54,136 nucleotides of DNA from Octopus sinensis (lineage: Eukaryota). This document shows positions 26,901-40,494 of this stretch, piece by piece; within the stretch, counting starts at the first letter, position 1; the number at the start of each line of letters is the position of its first letter. The notes under the pieces were generated by a model, which was given only the letters and a program-made list of their open reading frames with translations, was not told the DNA's origin and did not search any database. Location of the stretch: contig NW_021833822.1 in assembly GCF_006345805.1 (NCBI RefSeq), positions 1-54,136 on the forward strand, in the 5' to 3' direction. A program made the translations under genes and the position numbers.

Positions 26901-29900
26901 TAATTCTGCATTTGCCCGTGGCCTGTCTATGATCGGGTAATCTACGCCGTTGAAAACACATATCTCTTAAGTATTTCATTAAAAAGCAAAGGAAAGGGAC
27001 AACATCTTCCTGAGCGGAAGCAACAGTGGGTTTTTGAGCATTTATGCCTACCCTGATGCAGAATATAATGAGCTTCATTCTGTGGCCGGAGAGCAGTACC
27101 CTTAATTGTTACGATGCAACTTTTTAGAAGGATTTCATTCCCAAAACGCATTATTGCTGGTAATGTATACAACATCTATAATTCTGCATTTGCCCGTGGC
27201 CTGTCTATGATCGGGTAATCTACGCCGTTGAAAACACATATCTCTTAAGTATTTCATTAAAAAGCAAAGGAAAGGGACAACTTCTTCCTGAGCGGAAGCA
27301 ACAGTGGTTTTTGAGCATTTATGCCTACCCTGATGCAGAATATAATGAGCTTCATCCCGTAGCCGGAGAGCAGTACCCTTAATTGTTACGATGTGCAACT
27401 TTTTAGAAGGATTTCATTCCCAAAACGCATTATTACTGGTAATGTATACAACATCTATAATTCTGCATTTGCCCGTGGCCTGTCTATGATCGGGTAATCT
27501 ACGCCGTTGAAAACACATATCTCTTAAGTATTTCATTAAAAAGCAAAGGAAAGGGACAACTTCTTCGTGAGCGGAAGCAACAGGGGTTTTTGAGCATTTA
27601 TGCCTACCCTGATGCAGAATATAATGAGCTTCATTCCGTGGCCGGAGGGCAGTACCCTTAATTGTTACGATGCAACTTTTTAGAAGGATTTCATTCCCAA
27701 AACGCATTATTACTGGTAATGTATACAACATCTATAATTCTGCATTTGCCCGTGGCCTGTCTATGATCGGGTAATCTACGCCGTTGAAAACACATATCTC
27801 TTAAGTATTTCATTAAAAAGCAAAGGAATGGGACAACTCCTTCCTGAGCGGAAGCAACAGTGGGTTTTAGAGCATTTATGCCTACCCTGATGCAGAATAT
27901 AATGAGCTTCAATCCGTGGCCGGAGAGCAGTACCCTTAATTGTTACAATGCAACTTTTTAGAAGGATTTCATTCCCAAAACGCATTATTACTGGTAATTT
28001 ATGCAACATCTATAATTCTGCATTTGCCCGTGGCCTGTCTATGATCGGGTAATCTACGCCGTTGAAAACACATATCTCTTAAGTATTTCATTAAAAAGCA
28101 AAGGAAAGGGACAACTTCTCCTGAGCGAGCGGAAGCAACAGTGCGTTTTGAGCATTTATGCCTACCCTGATGCAGAATATAATGAGCTTCATTCCGTGGC
28201 CGGAGAGCAGTACCCTTAATTGTTACGATGCAACTTTTTAGAAGGATTTCATTCCCAAAACGCATTATTGCTGGTAATGTATACAACATCTATAATTCTG
28301 CATTTGCCCGTGGCCTGTCTATGATCGGGTAATCTACGCCGTTGAAAACACATATCTCTTAAGTATTTCATTAAAAAGCAAAGGAATGGGACACTCCTTC
28401 CTGAGCGGAAGCAAGCAACAGTGGGTTTTAGAGCATTTATGCCTACCCTGATGCAGAATATAATGAGCTCAATCCGTGGCCGGAGAGCAGTACCCTTAAT
28501 TGTTACAATGCAATTTTAGAAGGATTTCATTCCCAAAACGCATTATTACTGGTAATTTATGCAACATCTATAATTCTGCATTTGCCCGTGGCCTGTCTAT
28601 GATCGGGTAATCTACGCCGTTGAAAACACAATCTCTTAAGTATTTCATTAAAAAGCAAAGGAAAGGGACAACTTCTTCCTGAGCGGAAGCAACAGTGCGT
28701 TTTTGAGCATTTATGCCTACCCTGATGCAGAATATAATGAGCTTCATTCCGTGGCCGGAGAGCAGTACCCTTAATTGTTACGATGCAACTTTTTAGAAGG
28801 ATTTCATTCCCAAAACGCATTATTGCTGGTAATGTATACAACATCTATAATTCTGCATTTGCCCGTGGCCTGTCTATGATCGGGTAATCTACGCCGTTGA
28901 AAACACATATCTCTTAAGTATTTCATTAAAAAGCAAAGGAAAGGGACAACTTCTTCCTGAGCGGAAGCAACAGTGGGTTTTGAGCATTTATGCCTACCCT
29001 GATGCAGAATATAATGAGCTTCATCCCGTAGCCGGAGAGCAGTACCCTTAATTGTTACGATGCAACTTTTTAGAAGGATTTCATTCCCAAAACGCATTAT
29101 TACTGGTAATGTATACAACATCTATAATTCTGCATTTGCCGTGGCCTGTCTATGATCGGGTAATCTACGCCGTGAAAACACATATCTCATAAGTATTTCA
29201 TTAAAAAGCAAAGGAAAGGGACAACTTCTTCGTGAGCGGAAGCAACAGTGGGTTTTTGAGGATTTATGCCTACCCTGATGCAGAATATAATGAGCTTCAT
29301 CCCGTAGCCGGAGAGCAGTACCCTTAATTGTTACGATGCAACTTTTTAGAAGGATTTCATTCCCAAAACGCATTATTACTGGTAATGTATACAACATCTA
29401 TAATTCTGCATTTGCCCGTGGCCTGTCTATGATCGGGTAATCTACGCCGTTGAAAACACATATCTCTTAAGTATTTCATTAAAAAGCAAAGGAAAGGGAC
29501 AACTTCTTCCTGAGCGGAAGCAACAGTGGGTTTTTGAGCATTTATGCCTACCCTGATGCAGAATATAATGAGCTTCATCCCGTAGCCGGAGAGCAGTACC
29601 CTTAATTGTTACGATGCAACTTTTTAGAAGGATTTCATTCCCAAAACGCATTATTACTGGTAATGTATACAACATCTATAATTCTGCATTTGCCCGTGGC
29701 CTGTCTATGATCGGGTAATCTACGCCGTTGAAAACACATATCTCTTAAGTATTTCATTAAAAAGCAAAGGAAAGGGACAACTTCTTCGTGAGCGGAAGCA
29801 ACAGTGGGTTTTTGAGCATTTATGCCTACCCTGATGCAGAATATAATGAGCTTCATTCCGTGGCCGGAGGGCAGTACCCTTAATTGTTACGATGCAACTT

Positions 29901-32900
29901 TTTAGAAGGATTTCATTCCCAAAACGCATTATTACTGGTAATGTATACAACATCTATAATTCTGCATTTGCCCGTGGCCTGTCTATGATCGGGTAATCTA
30001 CGCCGTTGAAAACACATATCTCTTAAGTATTTCATTAAAAAGCAAAGGAATGGGACAACTCCTTCCTGAGCGGAAGCAACAAGTGGGTTTTAGAGCATTT
30101 ATGCCTACCCTGATGCAGAATATAATGAGCTTCAATCCGTGGCCGGAGAGCAGTACCCTTAATTGTTACAATGCAACTTTTTAGAAGGATTTCATTCCCA
30201 AAACGCATTATTGCTGGTAATGTATACAACATCTATAATTCTGCATTTGCCCGTGGCCTGTCTATGATCGGGTAATCTACGCCGTTGAAAACACATATCT
30301 CTTAAGTATTTCATTAAAGTGCAAAGGAAAGGGACAACTTCTTCCTGAGCGGAAGCAACAGTGGGTTTTTGAGCATTTATGCCTACCCTGATGCAGAATA
30401 TAATGAGCTTCATCCCGTAGCCGGAGAGAGGTACCCTTAATTGTTACGATGCAACTTTTTAGAAGGATTTCATTCCCAAAACGCATTATTACTGGTAATG
30501 TATACAACATCTATAATTCTGCATTTGCCCGTGGCCTGTCTATGATCGGGTAATCTACGCCGTTGAAAACACATATCTCTTAAGTATTTCATTAAAAAGC
30601 AAAGGAAAGGGACAACTTCTTCGTGAGCGGAAGCAACAGTGTGTTTTTGAGCATTTATGCCTACCCTGATGCAGAATATAATGAGCTTCATCCCGTAGCC
30701 GGAGAGCAGTACCCTTAATTGTTACGATGCAACTTTTTAGAAGGATTTCATTCCCAAAACGCATTATTACTGGTAATTTATGCAACATCTATAATTCTGC
30801 ATTTGCCCGTGGCCTGTCTATGATCGGGTAATCTACGCCGTTGAAAACACATATCTCTTAAGTATTTCATTAAAAAGCAAAGGAAAGGGACAACTTCTTC
30901 CTGAGCGGAAGCAACAGTGCGTTTTTGAGCATTTATGCCTACCCTGATGCAGAATATAATGAGCTTCATTCCGTGGCCGGAGAGCAGTACCCTTAATTGT
31001 TACGATGCAACTTTTTAGAAGGATTTCATTCCCAAAACGCATTATTGCTGGTAATGTATACAACATCTATAATTCTGCATTTGCCCGTGGCCTGTCTATG
31101 ATCGGGTAATCTACGCCGTTGAAAACACATATCTCTTAAGTATTTCATTAAAAAGCAAAGGAAAGGGACAACTTCTTCCTGAGCGGAAGCAACAGTGGGT
31201 TTTTGAGCATTTATGCCTACCCTGATGCAGAATATAATGAGCTTCATCCCGTAGCCGGAGAGCAGTACCCTTAATTGTTACGATGCAACTTTTTAGAAGG
31301 ATTTCATTCCCAAAACGCATTATTACTGGTAATGTATACAACATCTATAATTCTGCATTTGCCCGTGGCCTGTCTATGATCGGGTAATCTACGCCGTTGA
31401 AAACACATATCTCTTAAGTATTTCATTAAAAAGCAAAGGAAAGGGACAACTTCTTCCTGAGCGGAAGCAACAGTGCGTTTTTGAGCATTTATGCCTACCC
31501 TGATGCAGAATATAATGAGCTTCATCCCGTAGCCGGAGAGCAGTACCTTAATTGTTACGATGCAACTTTTAGAAGGATTTCATTCCCAAAACGCATTATT
31601 ACTGGTAATGTATACAACATCTATAATTCTGCTGCATTTGCCCGTGGCCTGTCTATGATCGGGTAATCTACGCCGTTGAAAACACATATCTCTTAAGTAT
31701 TTCATTAAAAAGCAAAGGAAAGGGACAACTTCTTCCTGAGCGGAAGCAACAGTGCGTTTTTGAGCATTTATGCCTACCCTGATGCAGAATATAATGAGCT
31801 TCATCCCGTAGCCGGAGAGCAGTACCCTTAATTGTTACGATGCAACTTTTTAGAAGGATTTCATTCCCAAAACGCATTATTACTGGTAATGTATACAACA
31901 TCTATAATTCTGCATTTGCCCGTGGCCTGTCTATGATCGTGTAATCTACGCCGTTGAAAACATATATCACTTAAGTATTTCATTAAAAAGCAAAGGAAAG
32001 GGACAACTTCTTCCTGAGCGGAAGCAACAGTGGGTTTTTGAGCATTTATGCCTACCCTGATGCAGAATATAATGAGCTTCATTCCGTGGCCGGAGAGCAG
32101 TACCCTTAATTGTTACGATGCAACTTTTTAGAAGGATTTCATTCCAAAACGCATTATTGCTGGTAATGTATACAACATCTATAATTCTGCATTTGCCCGT
32201 GGCCTGTCTATGATCGGGTAATCTACGCCGTTGAAAACACATATCTCTTAAGTATTTCATTAAAAAGCAAAGGAAAGGGACAACTTCTTCCTGAGCGGAA
32301 GCAACAGTGGGTTTTAGAGCATTTATGCCTACCCTGATGCAGAATATAATGAGCTTCATCCCGTAGCCGGAGAGCAGTACCCTTAATTGTTACGATGCAA
32401 CTTTTAGAAGGATTTCATTCCCAAAACGCATTATTACTGGTAATGTATACAACATCTATAATTCTGCATTTGCCCGTGGCCTGTCTATGATCGGGTAATC
32501 TACGCCGTTGAAAACACATATCTCATAAGTATTTCATTAAAAAGCAAAGAAAGGGACAACTTCTTCGTGAGCGGAAGCAACAGTGGGTTTTTGAGGATTT
32601 ATGCCTACCCTGATGCAGAATATAATGAGCTTCATCCCGTAGCCGAGAGCAGTACCCTTAATTGTTACGATGCAACTTTTAGAAGGATTTCATTCCCAAA
32701 ACGCATTATTACTGGTAATGTATACAACATCTATAATTCTGCATTTGCCCGTGGCCTGTCTATGATCGGGTAATCTACGCCGTTGAAAACACATATCTCT
32801 TAAGTATTTCATTAAAAAGCAAAGGAAAGGGACAACTTCTTCCTGAGCGGAAGCAACAGTGCGTTTTTGAGCATTTATGCCTACCCTGATGCAGAATATA

Positions 32901-35900
32901 ATGAGCTTCATCCCGTAGCCGGAGAGCAGTACCCTTAATTGTTACGATGCAACTTTTTAGAAGGATTTCATTCCCAAAACGCATTATTACTGGTAATGTA
33001 TACAACATCTATAATTCTGCATTTGCCCGTGGCCTGTCTATGATCGTGTAATCTACGCCGTTGAAAACACATATCACTTAAGTATTTCATTAAAAAGCAA
33101 AGGAAAGGGACAACTTCTTCCTGAGCGGAAGCAACAGTGAGTTTTTGAGCATTTATGCCTACCCTGATGCAGAATATAATGAGATTCAATCCGTGGCCGG
33201 AGGGCAGTACCCTTAATTGTTACGATGCAACTTTTTAGAAGGATTTTATTCCCCAAACGCATTATTACTGGTAATGTATACAACATCTATAATTCTGCAT
33301 TTGCCCGTGGCCTGTCTATGATCGGGTAATCTACGCCGTTGAAAACACATATCTCTTAAGTATTTCATTAAAAGCAAAGGAATGGGACAACTCCTTCCTG
33401 AGCGGAAGCAACAGTGGGTTTTAGAGCATTTATGCCTACCCTGATGCAGAATATAATGAGCTTCAATCCGTGCCGGAGAGCAGTACCCTTAATTGTTACA
33501 ATGCAACTTTTTAGAAGGATTTCATTCCCAAAACGCATTATTGCTGGTAATGTATACAACATCTATAATTCTGCATTTGCCCGTGGCCTGTCTATGATCG
33601 GGTAATCTACGCCGTTGAAAACACATATCTCTTAAGTATTTCATTAAAGAGCAAAGGAAAGGGACAACTTCTTCCTGAGCGGAAGCAACAGTGGGTTTTT
33701 GAGCATTTATGCCTACCCTGATGCAGAATATAATGAGCTTCATCCCGTAGCCGGAGAGCAGTACCCTTAATTGTTACGATGCAACTTTTTAGAAGGATTT
33801 CATTCCCAAAACGCATTATTACTGGTAATGTATACAACATCTATAATTCTGCATTTGCCCGTGGCCTGTCTATGATCGGGTAATCTACGTCGTTGAAAAC
33901 ACATATCTCTTAAGTATTTCATTAAAAAGCAAAGGAAAGGGACAACTTCTTCGTGAGCGGAAGCAACAGTGGGTTTTTGAGCATTTATGCCTACCCTGAT
34001 GCAGAATATAATGAGCTTCATCCCGTAGCCGGAGAGCAGTACCCTTAATTGTTACGATGCAACTTTTTAGAAGGATTTCATTCCCAAAACGCATTATTAC
34101 TGGTAATGTATACAACATCTATAATTCTGCATTTGCCCGTGGCCTGTCTATGATCGTGTAATCTACGCCGTTGAAAACACATATCACTTAAGTATTTCAT
34201 TAAAAAGCAAAGGAAAGGGACAACTTCTTCCTGAGCGGAAGCAACAGTGGGTTTTAGAGCATTTATGCCTACCCTGATGCAGAATATAATGAGCTTCATC
34301 CCGTAGCCGGAGAGCAGTACCCTTAATTGTTACGATGCAACTTTTAGAAGGATTTCATTCCCAAAACGCATTATTACTGGTAATGTATACAACATCTATA
34401 ATTCTGCATTTGCCCGTGGCCTGTCTATGATCGTGTAATCTACGCCGTTGAAAACATATATCACTTAAGTATTTCATTAAAAAGCAAAGGAAAGGACAAC
34501 TTCTTCCTGAGCGGAAGCAACAGTGGGTTTTTGAGCATTTATGCCTACCCTGATGCAGAATATAATGAGATTCAATCCGTGGCCGGAGGGCAGTACCCTT
34601 AATTGTTACGATGCAACTTTTTAGAAGGATTTTATTCCCCAAACGCATTATTACTGGTAATGTATACAACATCTATAATTCTGCATTTGCCCGTGGCCTG
34701 TCTATGATCGGGTAATCTACGCCGTTGAAAACACATATCTCTTAAGTATTTCATTAAAAAGCAAAGGAATGGGACAACTCCTTCCTGAGCGGAAGCAACA
34801 GTGGGTTTTAGAGCATTTATGCCTACCCTGATGCAGAATATAATGAGCTTCAATCCGTGGCCGGAGAGCAGTACCCTTAATTGTTACAATGCAACTTTTT
34901 AGAAGGATTTCATTCCCAAAACGCATTATTGCTGGTAATGTATACAACATCTATAATTCTGCATTTGCCCGTGGCCTGTCTATGATCGGGTAATCTACGC
35001 CGTTGAAAACACATATCTCTTAAGTATTTCATTAATAAGCAAAGGAAAGGGACAACTTCTTCCTGAGCGGAAGCAACAGTGGGTTTTTGAGCATTTATGC
35101 CTACCCTGATGCAGAATATAATGAGCTTCATCCCGTAGCCGGAGAGCAGTACCCTTAATTGTTACGATGCAACTTTTTAGAAGGATTTCATTCCCAAAAC
35201 GCATTATTACTGGTAATGTATACAACATCTATAATTCTGCATTTGCCCGTGGCCTGTCTATGATCGGGTAATCTACGTCGTTGAAAACACATATCTCTTA
35301 AGTATTTCATTAAAAAGCAAAGGAAAGGGACAACTTCTTCGTGAGCGGAAGCAACAGTGGGTTTTTGAGCATTTATGCCTACCCTGATGCAGAATATAAT
35401 GAGCTTCATCCCGTAGCCGGAGAGCAGTACCCTTAATTGTTACGATGCAACTTTTTAGAAGGATTTCATTCCCAAAACGCATTATTACTGGTAATGTATA
35501 CAACATCTATAATTCTGCATTTGCCCGTGGCCTGTCTATGATCGGGTAATCTACGCCGTTGAAAACACATATCTCTTAAGTATTTCATTAAAAAGCAAAG
35601 GAAAGGGACAACTTCTTCCTGAGCGGAAGCAACAGTGCGTTTTTGAGCATTTATGCCTACCTGATGCAGAATATAATGAGCTTCATCCCGTAGCCGGAGA
35701 GCAGTACCCTTAATTGTTACGATGCAACTTTTTAGAAGGATTTCATTCCCAAAACGCATTATTACTGGTAATGTATACAACATCTATAATTCTGCATTTG
35801 CCCGTGGCCTGTCTATGACCGGGTATTCTACGCCGTTGAAAACACATATCTCTTAAGTATTTCATTAAAAAGCAAAGGAATGGGACAACTCCTTCCTGAG

Positions 35901-38863
35901 CGGAAGCAACAGTGGGTTTTAGAGCATTTATGCCTACCCTGATGCAGAATATAATGAGCTTCATTCCGTGGCCGGAGAGCAGTACCCTTAATTGTTACAA
36001 TGCAACTTTTTAGAAGGATTTCATTCCCAAAACGCATTATTACTGGTAATGTATACAACATCTATAATTCTGCATTTGCCCGTGGCCTGTCTAAGATCGG
36101 GTAATCTACGCCGTTGAAAACACATATCTCTTAAGTATTTCATTAAAAAGCAAAGGAAAGGGACAACTTCTTCCTGAGCAGAGGCAACAGTGGGCTTTTG
36201 AGCATTTATGCCTACCCTGATGCAGAATATAATGAGCTTCATTCCGTGGCCGGAGAGCAGTACCCTTAATTGTTACGATGCAACTCTTTAGAAGGATTTC
36301 ATTCACAAAACGCATTATTACTGGTAATGTATACAACATCTATAATTCTGCATTTGCCCGTGGCCTGTCTATGGTCGGGTAATCTACGCCGTTGAAAACA
36401 CATATCTCTTAAGTATTTCATTAAAAAGCAAAGGAATGGGACAACTCCTTCCTGAGCGGAAGCAACAGTGGTTTTAGAGCATTTATGCCTACCCTGATGC
36501 AGAATATAATGAGCTTCATTCCGTGGCCGGAGAGCAGTACCCTTAATTGTTACGATGCAACTTTTTAGAAGGATTTCATTCCCAAAACGCATTATTACTG
36601 GTAATGTATACAACATCTATAATTCTGCATTTGCCCGTGGCCTGTCTATATCGGGTAATCTACGCCGTTGAAAACACATATCTCTTAAGTATTTCATTAA
36701 AAAGCAAGGAAAGGGACAACTTCTTCCTGAGCGGAAGCAACAGTGGGTTTTTGAGCATTTATGCCTACCCTGATGCAGAATATAATGAGCTTCATCCCGT
36801 AGCCGGAGAGCAGTACCCTTAATTGTTACGATGCAACTTTTTAGAAGGATTTCATTCCCAAAACGCATTATTACTGGTAATGTATACAACATCTATAATT
36901 CTGCATTTGCCCGTGGCCTGTCTATAATCGGGTAATCTACGCCGTTGAAAACACATATCTCTAAGTATTTCATTAAAAAGCAAAGGAAAGGGACAACTTC
37001 TTCCTGAGCGGAAGCAACAGTGGGTTTTTGAGCATTTATGCCTACCCTGATGCAGAATATAATGAGCTTCATCCCGTAGCCGGAGAGCAGTACCCTTAAT
37101 TGTTACGATGCAACTTTTTAGAAGGATTTCATTCCAAAACGCATTATTACTGGTAATATATACAACATCTATAATTCCGTGGCCTGTCTATGATCGTGTA
37201 AGCTACGCCGTTGAAAACACATATCTCTTAAGTATTTCATTAAAAAGCAAAGGAAAGGGACAACTTCTTCCTGAGCGGAAGCAACAGTGGGTTTTTGAGC
37301 ATTTATGCCTACCCTGATGCAGAATATAATGAGCTTCATCCCGTAGCCGGAGAGCAGTACCCTTAATTGTTACGATGCAACTTTTAGAAGGATTTCATTC
37401 CCAAAACGCATTATTACTGGTAATGTATACAACATCTATAATTCTGCATTTGCCGTGGCCTGTCTATGATCGTGTAATCTACGCCGTTGAAAACACATAT
37501 CTCTTAAGTATTTCATTAAAAAGCAAAGGAAAGAGACAACTTTTTCTGAGCGGAAGCAACAGTGGGTTTTTGAGCATTTATGCCTACCCTGATGCAGATT
37601 ATAATGAGCTTCAATCCGTGACCGGAGAGCAGTACCCTTAATTGTTACGATGCAACTTTTTAGAAGGATTTCATTCCCAAAACGCATTATTACTGGTAAT
37701 GTATACAATATCTATAATTCTGCATTTGCCCGTGGCCTGTCTAAGATCGGGTAATCTACGCTGTTGAAAACGCATATCTCTTAAGTATTTCATTAAAAAG
37801 CAAAGGACTGGGACAACTCCTTCCTGAGCGGAAGCAACAGTGGGTTTTAGAGCATTTATGCCTACCCTGATGCAGAATATAATGATCTTCATTCCGTGGC
37901 CGGAGAGCAGTACTCTTAATTGTTACAATGCAACTTTTTAGAAGGATTTCATTCCCAAAACGCATTATTACTGGTAATGTATACAACATCTATAATTCTG
38001 CATTTGCCCGTGGCCTGTCTAAGATCGGGTAATCTACGCCGTTGAAAACACATATCTCTTAAGTATTTCATTAAAAAGCAAAGGAAAGGGACAACTTCTT
38101 CCTGAGCAGAGGCATCAGTGGGTTTTTGAGCATTTATGCCTACCCTGATGCAGAATATAATGAGCTTCATTCCGTGGCCGGAGAGCAGTACCCTTATTGT
38201 TACGATGCAACTTTTTAGAAGGATTTCATTCCCAAAACGCATTATTGCTGGTAATGTATACAACATCTATAATTCTGCATTTGCCCCTGGCCTGTCTATG
38301 ATCGGGTAATCTACGCCGTTGAAAACACATATCTCTTAAGTATTTCATTAAAAAGCAAAGGAAAGGGACAACTTCTTCGTGAGCGGAAGCAACAGTGGGT
38401 TTTTGAGCATTTATGCCTACCCTGATGCAGAATATAATGAGCTTCATCCCGTAGCCGGAGAGCAGTACCTACCCTTAATTGTTACGATGCAACTTTTTAG
38501 AAGGATTTCATTCCCAAAACGCATTATTACTGGTAATGTATACAACATCTATAATTCTGCATTTGCCCGTGGCCTGTCTATGATCGGGTAATCTACGCCG
38601 TTTAAAACACATATCTCTTAAGTATTTCATTAAAAAGCAAAGGAAAGAGACAACTTCTTCGTGAGCGGAAGCAACAGTGGGTTTTTGAGCATTTATGCCT
38701 ACCCTGATGCAGAATATAATGAGCTTCATTCCGTAGCCGGAGAGCAGTACCCTTAATTGTTACGATGCAACTTTTTAGAAGGATTTCATTCCCAAAACGC
38801 ATTATTACTGGTAATGTATACAACATCTATAATTCTGTATTTGACCGAGGCTTTTCTAAGATC
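8945..38863. repeat. ~278-bp tandem satellite array, about 107-108 monomers
   Basis: Monomer aatctacgccgttgaaaacac...gcccgtggcctgtctatgatcgggt repeated head-to-tail; near-identical ORFs recur at 277-278 bp spacing in the ORF track. Copy number estimated as length/278. Confidence 0.99.
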
Positions 38864-39564
38864 TCGGAATTTTTCTGAGTGGAAGCGACGCTGGGTGTTG
38901 GAGCGGAAATCTTTATCTTCTACGAAGGCGATCAATTTTCTCCTGACAACATGTTACATGATTTTGTCAACATGAAAGGCTATAAAGCCAGGTGTATAAC
39001 TTTTAGCATCTTGTCTACTAACTCCTTTATGGAGAGGACAAATTATGCCTTCCTTTATGTTTTTGGGAAATCTTCCACTAGAATAGAGTCTCTGCAAGAG
39101 GATCTGTTGTACATTTTCTTGCGCCACTTTGGTTTTTATGGAAGTCAATAAGTAGGATGGTTGTATACTGTCAATTTAACGTGACAGTAGGGGATTACAC
39201 CACCGCTGTTTAGCCCTAGGAAGCATCGACGCTTCCTGATTGTTTCGACACATTTTTTTCCTGTGTCCTTATATATTTACGCATGGGAGACAAACACCCC
39301 CAGCAGCCAGGCCTGCATCTAGAGACACGCATGTTTCAGGATCTTTGTCCATCATCGGTCTAGAGTAGCAGAAGCCCGCCAGCCGCAGACATCTGTCTCG
39401 ATTTCGTAAAAATATATATATCTAATTTTCTGTGAAGTTTATTCACTGATCACCAAAATCAGAAATATTAGATTTCTAAACATTTAGAAATTTAATATTT
39501 CTGATTTCAATAAGTAGGATTGTGGGGGAATACCTACTGGGTGTTGTGGATATATAATGTGTGG

Positions 39565-39933
39565 GGGAGGCGCAATGGCCCAGTGGTTAGGGCAGCGGAC
39601 TCGCGGTTTCGATTCCCAGACTGGGTGTTGTGAGTGTTTATTGAGCGAAAACACCTAAAAGCTCCACGAGGCTCCGGCAGGGGATGGTGGTGATCCCTGC
39701 TGTACTCTTTCACCACAACTTTCTCTCATTCTTACTTCCTGTTTATGTTGTACCTGTATTTCAAAAGGGCCGGCCTTGTCACTCTTTGTGTCACGCTGAA
39801 TATCCCCGAGAACTACGTTAAGGGTACACGTGTCTGTGGAGTGCTCAGCACTTGCACGTTAATTTCACGAGCAGGCTCTTCCGTTTATCGGATCAACCGG
39901 AACCCTCGTCGTCGCAACCGACGGAGTGCTTCC
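39565..39933 (+). mobile_element. tRNA-derived SINE (family C head) with 11-bp TSD
   Basis: TSD ATAATGTGTGG at 39554-39564 and 39934-39944; empty site in left copy near 5826-5837. Confidence 0.92.
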
Positions 39934-40494
39934 ATAATGTGTGGTTATTTAGGTTTCATTTAGATTTCCGGTAAAACTTGAAAGTATGAAAAACGCGGTA
40001 ACTGCATGTGATTAGGGCCTCATCATATTTGATTAGTTGTGTTGAGGAGTTGTGTTTTAATATGTAGAATTTACCAAGGCCTGTGATTGAGTTTGAGCTG
40101 AGTTATCCAATGGCTGATATTGCATTAGTTTCCTTTTTTTCTGATGTTATTATTAATTGCCAATGCTTTGTCTGGAGCTGTTGTGCCGAAATACTTACCA
40201 AGGAAAGGTACTCGCAAGTGTCACTATGGCCTTGTGAAAGCAATTGTCCTCGTTATCTGTTTTATGAAATTTCTTTCCTGAAACTCCATTTGAAATAACT
40301 TCTTCATCTGTTTTAGAAGAAAGAGCTTCATGTGTTTCAGTAAAAGTAATATATAAAATTTGCTTGGAATTTATCAGGGCCTGTGACTGAGTTTGAGCTC
40401 TACTTTCCAATGGCTGATGTTCCATGACTTTCCCCTATTCCGATGTTATTAATACTTCTCAGCACTTTGTTTGGTGCTGTTGTGCCGAAATAAT

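Noticed and set aside
8954-38826. About 150 short ORFs (MLYTLPVIMRFG..., MKLIIFCIRVG...) as a tandem gene family
   Set aside because: The monomer is not a multiple of 3, frames are broken by frequent indels and there is no sign of codon-level constraint; they are satellite translations.
8945-38863. CRISPR-like array or tandem RNA gene cluster (5S, tRNA, snRNA, SL)
   Set aside because: No unique spacers, no cas genes, eukaryotic context; no recognisable RNA gene, and no hammerhead (ctgatgc, not CTGAnGA).
8945-38863. Centromere assignment
   Set aside because: Sequence alone cannot show this; needs CENP-A ChIP or cytology.
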